This document shows, one piece after another, positions 1-9,000 of a stretch of 26,788 bases of DNA. The notes beneath the pieces were generated by a model. That model worked only from the letters and a program-made list of their open reading frames with translations. It was not told where the DNA came from and searched no databases. How positions within the stretch are numbered: position 1 is the first letter of the stretch; every line of letters starts with the position of its first letter. This DNA is from a virus (lineage: Duplodnaviria > Caudoviricetes): IMG/VR virus record IMGVR_UViG_3300014202_000240, positions 1 to 26,788 of that record; one strand, given 5' to 3'. Both the position numbers and the translations under genes were made by a program.

Positions 1-193
1 CAATAGTACTTTGGGACATTTTGACATTAGATAACCCAGATTCTACAGCTTTTACTATATTATCTGGATTAACATCAATCTTTATATCCCCTCCACCCAC
101 TAAAACTACTCTATTTGCTTGTTTTTCCGTGTCATACACCATACGAGCAACTTGAGAAGGGTCTAAATCAGTGTATTTTCTAGTGTCATCCAT
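1..193 (-). CDS. Partial putative virion protein (runs off window), not in ORF track
   Basis: Hand translation MDDTRKYTDLDPSQVARMVYDTEKQANRVVLVGG... is open to the window edge; N-terminus resembles those of ORFs 1839-2096 and 13931-14428. Confidence 0.75.
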   Translation of the reverse strand, partial: MDDTRKYTDLDPSQVARMVYDTEKQANRVVLVGGGDIKIDVNPDNIVKAVESGLSNVKMSQSTI

Positions 194-197
194 ACAA

Positions 198-208
198 ACA
201 GTTGTTAA
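198..208 (-). promoter_or_regulatory. TTAACAACTGT motif, putative late promoter
   Basis: Copy of recurrent intergenic motif, 4 nt upstream of the ATG at 193. Confidence 0.65.
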
Positions 209-223
209 AAACGTGTTTCTATA

Positions 224-1423
224 TTACACTGAAGTAGTTTCAGCTCTAAACTTAATTGAACCTGAAACAAATCCAACATTATCCGTACTAGTGTACTGAA
301 TTTGACCACCAGCAGTAATGCTAAATACTACACCAGAGTCATCTCCAACCGCAGATTGAGACATTTCAAAAGTTCCACCTTTATTAATTCCAATAAGGTC
401 ATACATTTCAAAAGTATCAGCGTCTGCATCAATTTCAATACTAACTAATGCTCTAAAACTTCTAACAACTGTGTTACTAAATGTAAATCCAGTTACATTG
501 GCTGCTGTACCTTGATCGTTTGCAATAGCAAAAGATGTTTCAGAAATATCACCTTCAGAACCTAATGCAATTCCATCTAACAAATCACCCACTGTAGTTT
601 TACGTCTAGCAGAAGCTGAAACGTCATAGATTAAGATTTCATCTGCACTATCTACAGAAGTTTCTAAAGTAGTTCCAGTAATATCAACAACTAATGATCT
701 AGTTGCTGTAATGTCTCCACCACCACTTAAACCAGAGTTAGCAGCAGTTTCAATTTCAACTGTACTATGATCTACGTGCTCATCTGCAATGAAGTTTTGT
801 AATTGATCGTGGTCTACTCCTGCTGGTAATACAACTGCAGTAATTTCATTTTCAACATCATCGTATGTAAAATCGATAGAAGATGAATCAATTAAAGCCG
901 CAGCTACTGCATCCTGTGCTCTTTCTTCTGTAAAGTATAGGTTAGTAGAACCTTCGTCTATATCGTCTGTATCTAATACAACAATACCAGTTTGTCCATT
1001 TACTGAAACTACTTCAGAAGGAGAAATCTCTAAATAAATAGAACCAGTCCATCTAAATGCTTTATTATCATCTAATGTTACATAAATCTTACCAGTTTCA
1101 CCTTCAGCAGGAAGAGAAGCAAAATCAGCGTATTCTAAAACATCATCAACATAACTAGGTAAGTAGGTTGCGTCAATTTTCGACGATCCATTTAATGGAA
1201 CAACGCCGTTAGCTGCACCTTTTTCAGATGATTCAATTTTATCATCTAATTGATCTTGAATATTATCACTAATACCACTTAATCTACCTAGTTCAACATC
1301 AGTAACTGAACTAGATTTGACATCACCACTTGCATCAATAATTAATGCACGCTCTGCCGTTTCAGTTGAGATAGCAATCCCACCTTGAATACGAACTTTA
1401 CTTTTAAACTTTTGGTCAGCCAT
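224..1423 (-). CDS. Putative fibre/structural protein
   Basis: Acidic; fibre-type segments (EKGAANGVVPL..KIDATYLPSYVDDV, VVSVNGQTGIVVL, EGSTNLYFTEERAQDAV); beta-rich C-terminal domain. Confidence 0.65.
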   Translation of the reverse strand: MADQKFKSKVRIQGGIAISTETAERALIIDASGDVKSSSVTDVELGRLSGISDNIQDQLDDKIESSEKGAANGVVPLNGSSKIDATYLPSYVDDVLEYADFASLPAEGETGKIYVTLDDNKAFRWTGSIYLEISPSEVVSVNGQTGIVVLDTDDIDEGSTNLYFTEERAQDAVAAALIDSSSIDFTYDDVENEITAVVLPAGVDHDQLQNFIADEHVDHSTVEIETAANSGLSGGGDITATRSLVVDITGTTLETSVDSADEILIYDVSASARRKTTVGDLLDGIALGSEGDISETSFAIANDQGTAANVTGFTFSNTVVRSFRALVSIEIDADADTFEMYDLIGINKGGTFEMSQSAVGDDSGVVFSITAGGQIQYTSTDNVGFVSGSIKFRAETTSV

Positions 1424-1432
1424 TACTTACTC

Positions 1433-1828
1433 CTATTCTATTGTTATTTTACCAGAAAATCTTAAGTCCGGTGTTGATTGTACTCTTACACTAACAACTC
1501 CAGCATTACTAACTAATACAGTAGTCATTACTTCTAAAAATTGTCCAGATTCATCTTCATATACTGTAACGGTTGGATGAATTCCTTTTAAATGAGCAGC
1601 TTCGTTTATATCTATTTTATATTCAGTTCCATCTAAAACCCAATCACCTACTATAATAGTTTGTGAATATTTAGTTGTTCTACTTGCTAATTGATCTAAA
1701 GCAGAACCTACATTTAATGGAACCGGACTCCATTGACTAGGTTCGGATGGTGTATAATCAGTACTACCACCGCTACTATCCTTAAAATAATCTAGGTTAC
1801 CAGTTAAAGGATTAAATATATATGGCAC
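1433..1828 (-). CDS. Small putative virion protein
   Basis: N-terminal FNPLTGNLD motif and beta-rich C-terminus; lies in the fibre cluster. Confidence 0.55.
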   Translation of the reverse strand: MPYIFNPLTGNLDYFKDSSGGSTDYTPSEPSQWSPVPLNVGSALDQLASRTTKYSQTIIVGDWVLDGTEYKIDINEAAHLKGIHPTVTVYEDESGQFLEVMTTVLVSNAGVVSVRVQSTPDLRFSGKITIE

Positions 1829-1838
1829 AATATACCCC

Positions 1839-2096
1839 TTAAGCTACTCGCTCAACACTAGATAAATCACCTTTAGAACTATCAGTATATGTTACACGTA
1901 CAGTGTAAAGTAATACAGCATCATCATAATAGTTGTAATCTTCAACGGTTGAACTAACATTTACTTTTTCGATTTTATGTCCTAATTTACCAACAACAAA
2001 TCCTGCGGTAGTTAAACTTTTATCTACGTCATTAAACGCTAATTTTAATACTTGATTAGCATCTCTTTCAGTCATAGGTTTTCTTGAATCAGCCAC
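1839..2096 (-). CDS. Small putative virion protein
   Basis: SD AGGAG; N-terminal DANQVL motif shared with 13931-14428. Confidence 0.6.
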   Translation of the reverse strand: MADSRKPMTERDANQVLKLAFNDVDKSLTTAGFVVGKLGHKIEKVNVSSTVEDYNYYDDAVLLYTVRVTYTDSSKGDLSSVERVA

Positions 2097-2109
2097 TATA
2101 TTCTCCTAT

Positions 2110-2853
2110 TTAATAATCTTGTAGTAAAGCTAAACACTCGCTTATCATTTCCTGAGTAACTAGCTCACTTGGTTCAAGAGCAGCAATAAGTGCCTTAGCC
2201 GTCGAAGGTCTGTTTAACTGTAGAGATTGTAGAGGTTGAGCGAAAGTCGCTACCATTGAACTAATTTGTTCAGGTGATAGTTCTGACTCAAGGTTAAACC
2301 CTGCTACAATATCTAATACATTTTGACACGCTTCTCTAGCTTTTCGTCCTTCTTCCATACGTGCTTTACGTACACCAGCAGCGGCCTTTACAGGGTCTAA
2401 ATTAGCCCGTAGAGCCTCAAGTTCAGCTAAGGTAGGCTTAGGTACAGACATACGCCAGAACGAGCTATTAGGGTCGTTTATGTGATTCACAGCGAAGGCT
2501 TCAGGGTTGATGCTTTCGTCTTCACCAGCTACGTGACCTTCTAAGTACTTAGCTACAAGTTCCATTACATCACCGAGGTCAGCTACTCGTAACTCTAACT
2601 CCGCTCTTTGCAGAGCGTCCTCGCTCGGTGCAGCAGGAGTATACTCTTCTTCGACCATTACAGTTTCAGTGTAGGCTTCTTGAGCTTCTACGATAATGTT
2701 GTCGTTTTCGTCACGTTGTTCAGCCACAGCATCGTGTTCGATTACTTGCTCTACCATGCGTGTTTTAGGCAGCATTACGATAGCGTTATCGACGATACTG
2801 TAGTCTACAGCTTCAGTTAATCCTAAGTGTGATAGTATTCTTGTTATGTTCAT
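2110..2853 (-). CDS. Putative fibre-associated/assembly protein (XkdW-like segment)
   Basis: Directly follows the large fibre gene; WxxxxPxPTxxEL segment. Confidence 0.5.
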   Translation of the reverse strand: MNITRILSHLGLTEAVDYSIVDNAIVMLPKTRMVEQVIEHDAVAEQRDENDNIIVEAQEAYTETVMVEEEYTPAAPSEDALQRAELELRVADLGDVMELVAKYLEGHVAGEDESINPEAFAVNHINDPNSSFWRMSVPKPTLAELEALRANLDPVKAAAGVRKARMEEGRKAREACQNVLDIVAGFNLESELSPEQISSMVATFAQPLQSLQLNRPSTAKALIAALEPSELVTQEMISECLALLQDY

Positions 2854-2854
2854 G

Positions 2855-5554
2855 TTATTCCTCTATCCGTGTTAACTTAATTTGGGCGTAAACTTCATCC
2901 ACTCCGAAGTTTGAAGGTATTCCAAATCCATTAGTTGAGTGTGTTGTATCGCATCTATGTTGTAACTCGAAAGTTTTACTGCTTGTTATGGTAAATCTAC
3001 CTCTTATAGCAGAGGAATTAGTCACAGAGTCCGTATTAAGAGAGTATTCACTTGACCCTATTAACACATCTGTAGAGTCTGTCACGTTTCGTAGTTTAGC
3101 TTTATGCCTGTCTACTCTGAAAGCAGTGGATACTGCTTCTGTGTCGTAAGTTCCTGCAGGGAGTGTAAACTGATTAGAGGTTAATGAAGTTACAATGCCT
3201 GTAGGGTCTACTATGTTGTTTAAAGTACGAGTTTGAAATGAACCTGAAGTAAAAGTACCACCAGCAGTATTCGCAGCTTTTACGTCTTTAATATACGCTA
3301 TTCTTTGTGTAGGTAATCCAATAGCTTTTGAAGGAGTGCGGTAATCGCTACCTTGTCGGTCTAATCTCAGACTGAAGTTATTGTCATTACCTGTTCCTGA
3401 GTTACCCTGACAGTCTACGGTAATACTTGTTGGGCTTACGGCAGTGACGTTAGCTATAACAGTTCTAACCTCTGCTGTAGCTTGAACTTCTGGAGCAACT
3501 GTTAGACCTAAACTTGTAATATCGATTACTACAACTCCAAGTCCTGTTCTGGACACTGAATCTATGAAAGGGTAACTTTGACTAGCTATAGCTGCTGTAC
3601 CGTTATTTGTAATACGTGCACTGTAGGTATTCTCTACACCGCCACCGATTACTTGGTAAGCGTCACGTATTTCTACGGCTACAATAGCTACTCTATTTTC
3701 ACTTGAGTTCCCATCAGCAAAGCATAATATAGTTTGTCCTGCATCTAGTTCATCACTATAAGACACCGTTGCATTAAAGTTTGTACTATTTTGACTATTA
3801 CTAAACATCACAGCAGAGCCGTCTATGCGTATTTCAGCTTCTACAGTAGCTGCTCCTGCCGACTTGGTATTGTAGTGAATATGTATCCTAGCTCTTTTGA
3901 GCATTGTATATAGCCCTGTAGAACTATTATAGCTGTATAATCCAGTATTAGTATTAGAAGTTAAACTACCCGATACTGCTACCCCGTTAAAAGCCCCAGC
4001 ATTGATGTATGAACTCTGAGTTACCTCGTATTCAATCTGTTGATATATGTCTGATTCTAATTGTATAACTATGTTATCGATAAAAGAAGATACAGAAGCT
4101 TCAGCCAAGGCATCTATTTTCCAAGATAAATCTTCACAATCTGAAGGTATAGTAAAAGCGTATGCTTTCTTTAAAGAAGTTGCTGTCCCTAGTTGTTTAC
4201 TAACAGTAACTGCGTTTAGAAGCACGTTAGTGTTTGTTACATCTTCCACTGTCAGTTCTATGTTACCGTCAGCAGCCTCGCTATATAGATCAAAAGTGAA
4301 ATAGACTCTTTTACCTCTAAACTTTCTATCTACAGGTATACTAGGTGATTCAACTGAAGAACCTCCTGTATGGTCTAATTCTAAAGTTTTAGTTCCTTGT
4401 ATTAAATCTATTGCAGTTTCAGTAATAGCAGTTGTTCCTGTAGTTGTAAAGTCTCCAATAACTGAAAGCTCAAAAGTCTCAGCATATAAAATGTCAACTG
4501 AACCTACACCAGAACCTGATCCTGCTGGAATTAGTAAGTTATTTACAATCTGATATAACACTTGCTCGTCTGTAGCGAATACAAGCTGTCCGTCTGTAGC
4601 AGTTGCCGCATAAGTTTCAAGATTAGCTTTTGTATCTTTTTTTACATCAAGTCTAGTAGGTGACTCGATAGAAGCACCTTGAATAGTTTTATTTGTTAAA
4701 GTTTGGGTATCAGTTGTGCCTACAATATCTCCAGTAACTCCGTGTGTAGAAGTATCACTAATATGATTTGTAAGATCAGAATCTAGTGCTCTACTATCAA
4801 CATCAGATTGAAGCTCGTTTAAAGCTCCCTGCACGTCAGTAGAGGCTAAGTTTCCTGCTGGCAAGTTAGATATAGCAGAAGCATCGTGTGCGTCTGTAGT
4901 GTCATTTATGTGATTATCAATGTCAGTCTGTGCATCTCCAGCAGCAGTTTCTACAGTATCAAGTCTACCATCAAGTTCATCAATAGCGTCTTGTGCGTTA
5001 TCTGCAATTAAACCAGAAACGGTGTTGTCAAAGACAATAGCAATAGAATCATGAGCATCAACTGTATTTGTAATATGGTTAGAGATGTCTGTTGCATTGT
5101 CTGAGATATCACTTTCTGCTGTATCTAATCTACCTTCAACTTCATCAACTGCATCTTGTAGGTTTGTTGCTGCTAATCCAGAATCAGTATTATCGTATAT
5201 TATCTCAGAAGCTTCATCTTTTGTTTGAATTTGAGAGTCTACGTAGTTTTTTACAGTTAACGATGTAGGAATCTTTGTATCGTCTGCGGTTGCTAGTGTA
5301 TCATCTAGATCAATAGCTGAAGATTTAAAATTATCAACCTCTAAGTTAGAAATTGTATTATTATCGGCATCGATTGTTTTATTTTCTAAAGTAGCCGAAC
5401 TGTCTTCAGTTACAATTGGTGATCTAACACTTCCATCATGGTAATTTAACTTACCACTGGAGTTTTCTACTTCTAATTCACCCTTAGCATCAGATTCTAA
5501 TGTGGTTTTTGGTTCTACTTTAATGCCAGTTTTAAACTTTTTAATGTTTAACAT
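2855..5554 (-). CDS. Large tail fibre / receptor-binding protein
   Basis: 899 aa; repeated LxAxNxQDAxDE and HIxxTxDAHD units, followed by several Ser/Thr-rich beta domains. Confidence 0.7.
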   Translation of the reverse strand: MLNIKKFKTGIKVEPKTTLESDAKGELEVENSSGKLNYHDGSVRSPIVTEDSSATLENKTIDADNNTISNLEVDNFKSSAIDLDDTLATADDTKIPTSLTVKNYVDSQIQTKDEASEIIYDNTDSGLAATNLQDAVDEVEGRLDTAESDISDNATDISNHITNTVDAHDSIAIVFDNTVSGLIADNAQDAIDELDGRLDTVETAAGDAQTDIDNHINDTTDAHDASAISNLPAGNLASTDVQGALNELQSDVDSRALDSDLTNHISDTSTHGVTGDIVGTTDTQTLTNKTIQGASIESPTRLDVKKDTKANLETYAATATDGQLVFATDEQVLYQIVNNLLIPAGSGSGVGSVDILYAETFELSVIGDFTTTGTTAITETAIDLIQGTKTLELDHTGGSSVESPSIPVDRKFRGKRVYFTFDLYSEAADGNIELTVEDVTNTNVLLNAVTVSKQLGTATSLKKAYAFTIPSDCEDLSWKIDALAEASVSSFIDNIVIQLESDIYQQIEYEVTQSSYINAGAFNGVAVSGSLTSNTNTGLYSYNSSTGLYTMLKRARIHIHYNTKSAGAATVEAEIRIDGSAVMFSNSQNSTNFNATVSYSDELDAGQTILCFADGNSSENRVAIVAVEIRDAYQVIGGGVENTYSARITNNGTAAIASQSYPFIDSVSRTGLGVVVIDITSLGLTVAPEVQATAEVRTVIANVTAVSPTSITVDCQGNSGTGNDNNFSLRLDRQGSDYRTPSKAIGLPTQRIAYIKDVKAANTAGGTFTSGSFQTRTLNNIVDPTGIVTSLTSNQFTLPAGTYDTEAVSTAFRVDRHKAKLRNVTDSTDVLIGSSEYSLNTDSVTNSSAIRGRFTITSSKTFELQHRCDTTHSTNGFGIPSNFGVDEVYAQIKLTRIEE

Positions 5555-5561
5555 AATACCT

Positions 5562-6065
5562 CTATGAATTTAGAATTGAAATAGCTCTAAAACTAATAAT
5601 TCCAATATGATTTATACCAGTTAATGCAGTTGTAGTGAATCTAATTTGACCAATATCGGTAATATCGAAGTCTATAAATGCACCACCAACACTAGTTCTA
5701 GCTAATTCCCATTTATTACCGTTGGGATTAGCTGCATTATAGACAATTTCCAACGTTCCACCTTCAGCAACTTCCTGACCATCAGGAGGGCCAGAGTCTT
5801 CTGTCTTTCTAAACACAGTATAATAAACAGTTGCTGCTCTAACTTCACTAGAAGGAAAGCTTAGATTGTTGATTATAACGTTAGATGATGAATTATTTGC
5901 GTCGATATTTTGAACTTGAGGAGAAACGTCGAAAGAAGCAGTAATTGAATTAACTGCATCTGCTAGAGCTTCAAATGCTTGAATAATTGCTGGTGCCCAA
6001 TTGGGAGATGTACCAGATTCAGGCAACTCGATAGGAGTTCCCTTTATTATTATTGTTTTTGACAC
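5562..6065 (-). CDS. Putative virion protein, paralogous to C-terminal domain of 224-1423
   Basis: GTG start; shared FxITxxGQIx[YF]TxT and GxIxFRA motifs. Confidence 0.6.
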   Translation of the reverse strand: MSKTIIIKGTPIELPESGTSPNWAPAIIQAFEALADAVNSITASFDVSPQVQNIDANNSSSNVIINNLSFPSSEVRAATVYYTVFRKTEDSGPPDGQEVAEGGTLEIVYNAANPNGNKWELARTSVGGAFIDFDITDIGQIRFTTTALTGINHIGIISFRAISILNS

Positions 6066-6094
6066 GTCTGTACCCTTTTCTAGAATGGCTAATT

Positions 6095-6105
6095 ACAGTT
6101 GTTAA
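6095..6105 (-). promoter_or_regulatory. TTAACAACTGT motif, putative late promoter
   Basis: Overlaps the TAA stop of the endonuclease gene; upstream of the fibre cluster. Confidence 0.65.
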
Positions 6106-7493
6106 TTTGAATAAATCAATTTAACTTTACCACAATCCCAAATCCTTGATAATCCATCTAGGGTAGCGTGTTGTAGTTCAGTCATACCCAAAGGAGTATT
6201 AACTACGTCTTTTCTTCTTGATTGTTTACTAAGTACTTGTTTTTTATAAGTATTATAATAGAAATAGTCTGGAGGTATTATGTAATCTAACTTCCAACCA
6301 GCTTTTATCCAATTATCCTCGTTCGTCCAACGATAATCTATAAAGGTAGAAAAAGCTCCATGTATTTTGTAAGCATATGAACATAATTTAGATAGACCAC
6401 CGACAACATTTACTCCAGATTTCATAACAAATCGACTCAAAGTTAGCTCTGAACTATCTCGATGGTGTTTAGAAATAACAATAAGACCTTGTAATTCTTC
6501 GTTATGATATAATCCATACGACTTAGGAGCAATATATGTGTCTAGTATATGGTATCTAGATAGAAATTCTCTAGCTTCTAATGACTCAACTTCTCTAACT
6601 TCACAGTTTCTAGCGTATATTCGTTCAGTATTCTTATGTAGAGCTGATTTTATAAAAGATTTAACTTGGTTTTTCTTCTTTTTCCATTCAAAATCAAAGA
6701 ATTGTAATAACTTATAGCCACGTTCTTTAGCTTTTTGACGTTTTAGATTATGATACTCACGCCCTACTCTGTCTTCTGTATGCCACATACATCCATGATA
6801 CTCAATTCCTATACCTAATTCAGGGATAAATATATCTATTTCATGAGGATGTATTATACTTCTACTATTTCTTACAACTTCAAATCCTAAACTTTCAACA
6901 AAACTACATAATTCTAATTCTTCACTAGAACCAACATAAGATAAAACATCTCCATATTTCTCTATTAAAGCAAAAGTTCGTTCAAATATAACTCCAGTTC
7001 TATCTTTCCATTTATACTTCCTATCTTTTCTAGTATATGTATCTGAAAGAAATTCTGCTCCTTTTGATCTAGCAAATTCCTTCACTTCTTCTATTGTTAA
7101 TGATGTTTTTAATTGACTTAACCTTTCTTTTTTTTCATGAGGAGACCATTGACCTCCAATAATAGAATCCCAAGTCTTTTCAAAGTATCTACCTTTAGAA
7201 TCTAACCATTTATACTTAGCTTTATTTCCAATATATTCAGTAGATAAACACTTACCTCCTTTAGACTCTGCCTTTTTGTGTAACATTTCTATTGTGGTAG
7301 TTGTTAGCTTTTGTTTTTTAACTTTAGCTCCATGCTGTTTTGACCAGCGACCACTTTTAATAGAATACCATGCAGCATACCATTGATTACCGTCTGCATC
7401 TTCCCATAAGTATTTATGGTGAGAGTTCACATAAACATCAGAAAGACATTTACCTCCTTTGGATTCTGCGTGTTTTTTCAATTCTTCTATCAT
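6102..7493 (-). CDS. Hef-like free-standing homing endonuclease (N-terminal repeats, Vsr/PD-(D/E)xK-like nuclease, GNAT-like C-terminal domain)
   Basis: Three SKGGKCLSxxY-type repeats; EIDIFIPELGIGIEYHGCMWH; IYARNCEV...LSRF...VVGGLSKL...RIWDCG. Confidence 0.75.
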   Translation of the reverse strand: MIEELKKHAESKGGKCLSDVYVNSHHKYLWEDADGNQWYAAWYSIKSGRWSKQHGAKVKKQKLTTTTIEMLHKKAESKGGKCLSTEYIGNKAKYKWLDSKGRYFEKTWDSIIGGQWSPHEKKERLSQLKTSLTIEEVKEFARSKGAEFLSDTYTRKDRKYKWKDRTGVIFERTFALIEKYGDVLSYVGSSEELELCSFVESLGFEVVRNSRSIIHPHEIDIFIPELGIGIEYHGCMWHTEDRVGREYHNLKRQKAKERGYKLLQFFDFEWKKKKNQVKSFIKSALHKNTERIYARNCEVREVESLEAREFLSRYHILDTYIAPKSYGLYHNEELQGLIVISKHHRDSSELTLSRFVMKSGVNVVGGLSKLCSYAYKIHGAFSTFIDYRWTNEDNWIKAGWKLDYIIPPDYFYYNTYKKQVLSKQSRRKDVVNTPLGMTELQHATLDGLSRIWDCGKVKLIYSN

Positions 7494-7499
7494 ATACAG

Positions 7500-7528
7500 A
7501 TCATACTATAATTTGTCTAATTTGTCAA
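7500..7528 (-). promoter_or_regulatory. Sigma-70-type promoter for the endonuclease gene, probably leaderless
   Basis: TTGACA(7528-7523)-N17-TATGAT(7505-7500); the A of the ATG is at 7493; no SD. Confidence 0.7.
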
Positions 7529-7535
7529 GTTAAAT

Positions 7536-7570
7536 AAAAAAGAAAACCCTAGCATTGCACTAGGGTCTCT
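7536..7570 (-). terminator. Rho-independent terminator after the capsid gene
   Basis: Minus strand ACCCTAG-TGCAATG-CTAGGGT followed by TTTCTTTTTT. Confidence 0.85.
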
Positions 7571-7591
7571 TGTTAGAAAAAAAATCAATAA

Positions 7592-8842
7592 TTACACTAC
7601 GTTAACGATACCTGTGATAAGTACGTTATGGCCGGGTTTCTGGCAAAATAGCGCTTGATCCGTGTAAAGACGTAACTCATATCCTGCAGAGTTTTCAAGA
7701 TCACGGAAGAATTCAGTTGACTGGCCCGGACGTTTAAACGAAACGTCTTGAGAACCTACACGCATCCACTCATCAGATGCAAGAAGATAAGAATATCCTT
7801 CTTTAACATAGATTGAAGGGATGATTTCGATTTCACCGTTTTGAGAATGGAACTTAAGACCTCTTGCACCGTTTTCAAACTGAGCAGAAGAGTAAGAACC
7901 ATCAACACGTCTAAGAGCAGCTTGGTCATTTAACAAGTCAGCCCATGTTCTAGGATTAACTAGACACACGATTTTCCCGTCAAGACCTTTTTCAACTGCA
8001 CGAGCAGTAGCTTTTGTTAACTTGTTGAAAGAAAGAGCAGCAGAACCAGCAGAGAATACGTTTCCTCTGAATAACTGGTAAGTACCTACGTTAATATTGA
8101 ATAAGATACCTGATTGAATTTCAAGAATTCTGTGAATTCCGATAAACTCATTATCCTTAGCACCTTTATGGAAGATAACGTCAGTAGCAACTACACCAGC
8201 AGCGGCTGCATCAGTAGCAACAGTAACGACTCTTGTATCCATATTAACAGATGAAACAACGAAAGTACCACGAAGAGTAGCCCCAGTAGTATCATAGATA
8301 TCAATTGGCATACCTTCAGCTCCAGCCCAAATTCCCGGTGCCCATTCAGACGTAGAGATTGTGATTGCTGAAGTAGAAACTGAACCAACGATACCGTAAC
8401 CGTGCTGACCGTATAACATTTCAATCTCTAATTTCTTAGCCATTGAACGTAACATGTTAGCAATTAAGTACTTAGTAGCATCTTGGAACGCTTGAGCACT
8501 TCCGATTGAACGAGAAGCAGCAGCATAACCAAGAACTGAACGCATAACTAGTGGATTACCACGAACTTGAGCGTCTTTAATTTGACCAGCAACTGGTGCA
8601 TTCAATGAGAAAGCATCTTCGTCAGAAGCAGCGAAAGTAACCCCGTGCTCCATACCTAGAATAACTGGTTGGTGATAAAGGTTACCACCTTGCTTGTCTT
8701 TTGAAACGAATTTAATCATGTTTAAAAGCTTAACGCCATCAGGAATAAGCTCTTGTAGTTTATCTGCATAAACTTCTTTAAATAGACCATTAAGATTCCC
8801 TACGGTGTTATCCGGAGTAGAGAATGTATTGTTTTCAGCCAT
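7592..8842 (-). CDS. Major capsid protein
   Basis: 416 aa; follows the scaffold, strong SD, downstream terminator; LNGLFKEVY N-terminus and typical C-terminal LFCxKPGHNVLITGI. Confidence 0.85.
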   Translation of the reverse strand: MAENNTFSTPDNTVGNLNGLFKEVYADKLQELIPDGVKLLNMIKFVSKDKQGGNLYHQPVILGMEHGVTFAASDEDAFSLNAPVAGQIKDAQVRGNPLVMRSVLGYAAASRSIGSAQAFQDATKYLIANMLRSMAKKLEIEMLYGQHGYGIVGSVSTSAITISTSEWAPGIWAGAEGMPIDIYDTTGATLRGTFVVSSVNMDTRVVTVATDAAAAGVVATDVIFHKGAKDNEFIGIHRILEIQSGILFNINVGTYQLFRGNVFSAGSAALSFNKLTKATARAVEKGLDGKIVCLVNPRTWADLLNDQAALRRVDGSYSSAQFENGARGLKFHSQNGEIEIIPSIYVKEGYSYLLASDEWMRVGSQDVSFKRPGQSTEFFRDLENSAGYELRLYTDQALFCQKPGHNVLITGIVNVV

Positions 8843-8978
8843 AAATAATCTCCTATTAGATTAATAATAATTGTAATTTACGAACCTTTACCAACTTTCT
8901 ATCCTCTATCTGATATCTTCGCCCTGTTAAGGTTACGAAAAGTCGCAAGAATCAATACTTATAGTTCAGTATTCGATT

Positions 8979-8989
8979 ATAGTTGTTAA
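8979..8989 (-). promoter_or_regulatory. TTAACAACTAT motif, putative late promoter for capsid
   Basis: Intergenic copy ~137 nt upstream of the capsid ATG. Confidence 0.65.
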
Positions 8990-9000
8990 AATTCCGAAGT

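Noticed and set aside
462-472. CTAACAACTGT on the plus strand
   Set aside because: One mismatch, inside a CDS and antisense; expected by chance
2855-5554. DGR or invertible fibre cassette; alternative genetic code
   Set aside because: No TR/VR pair, reverse transcriptase or invertase seen; long genes are intact under code 11
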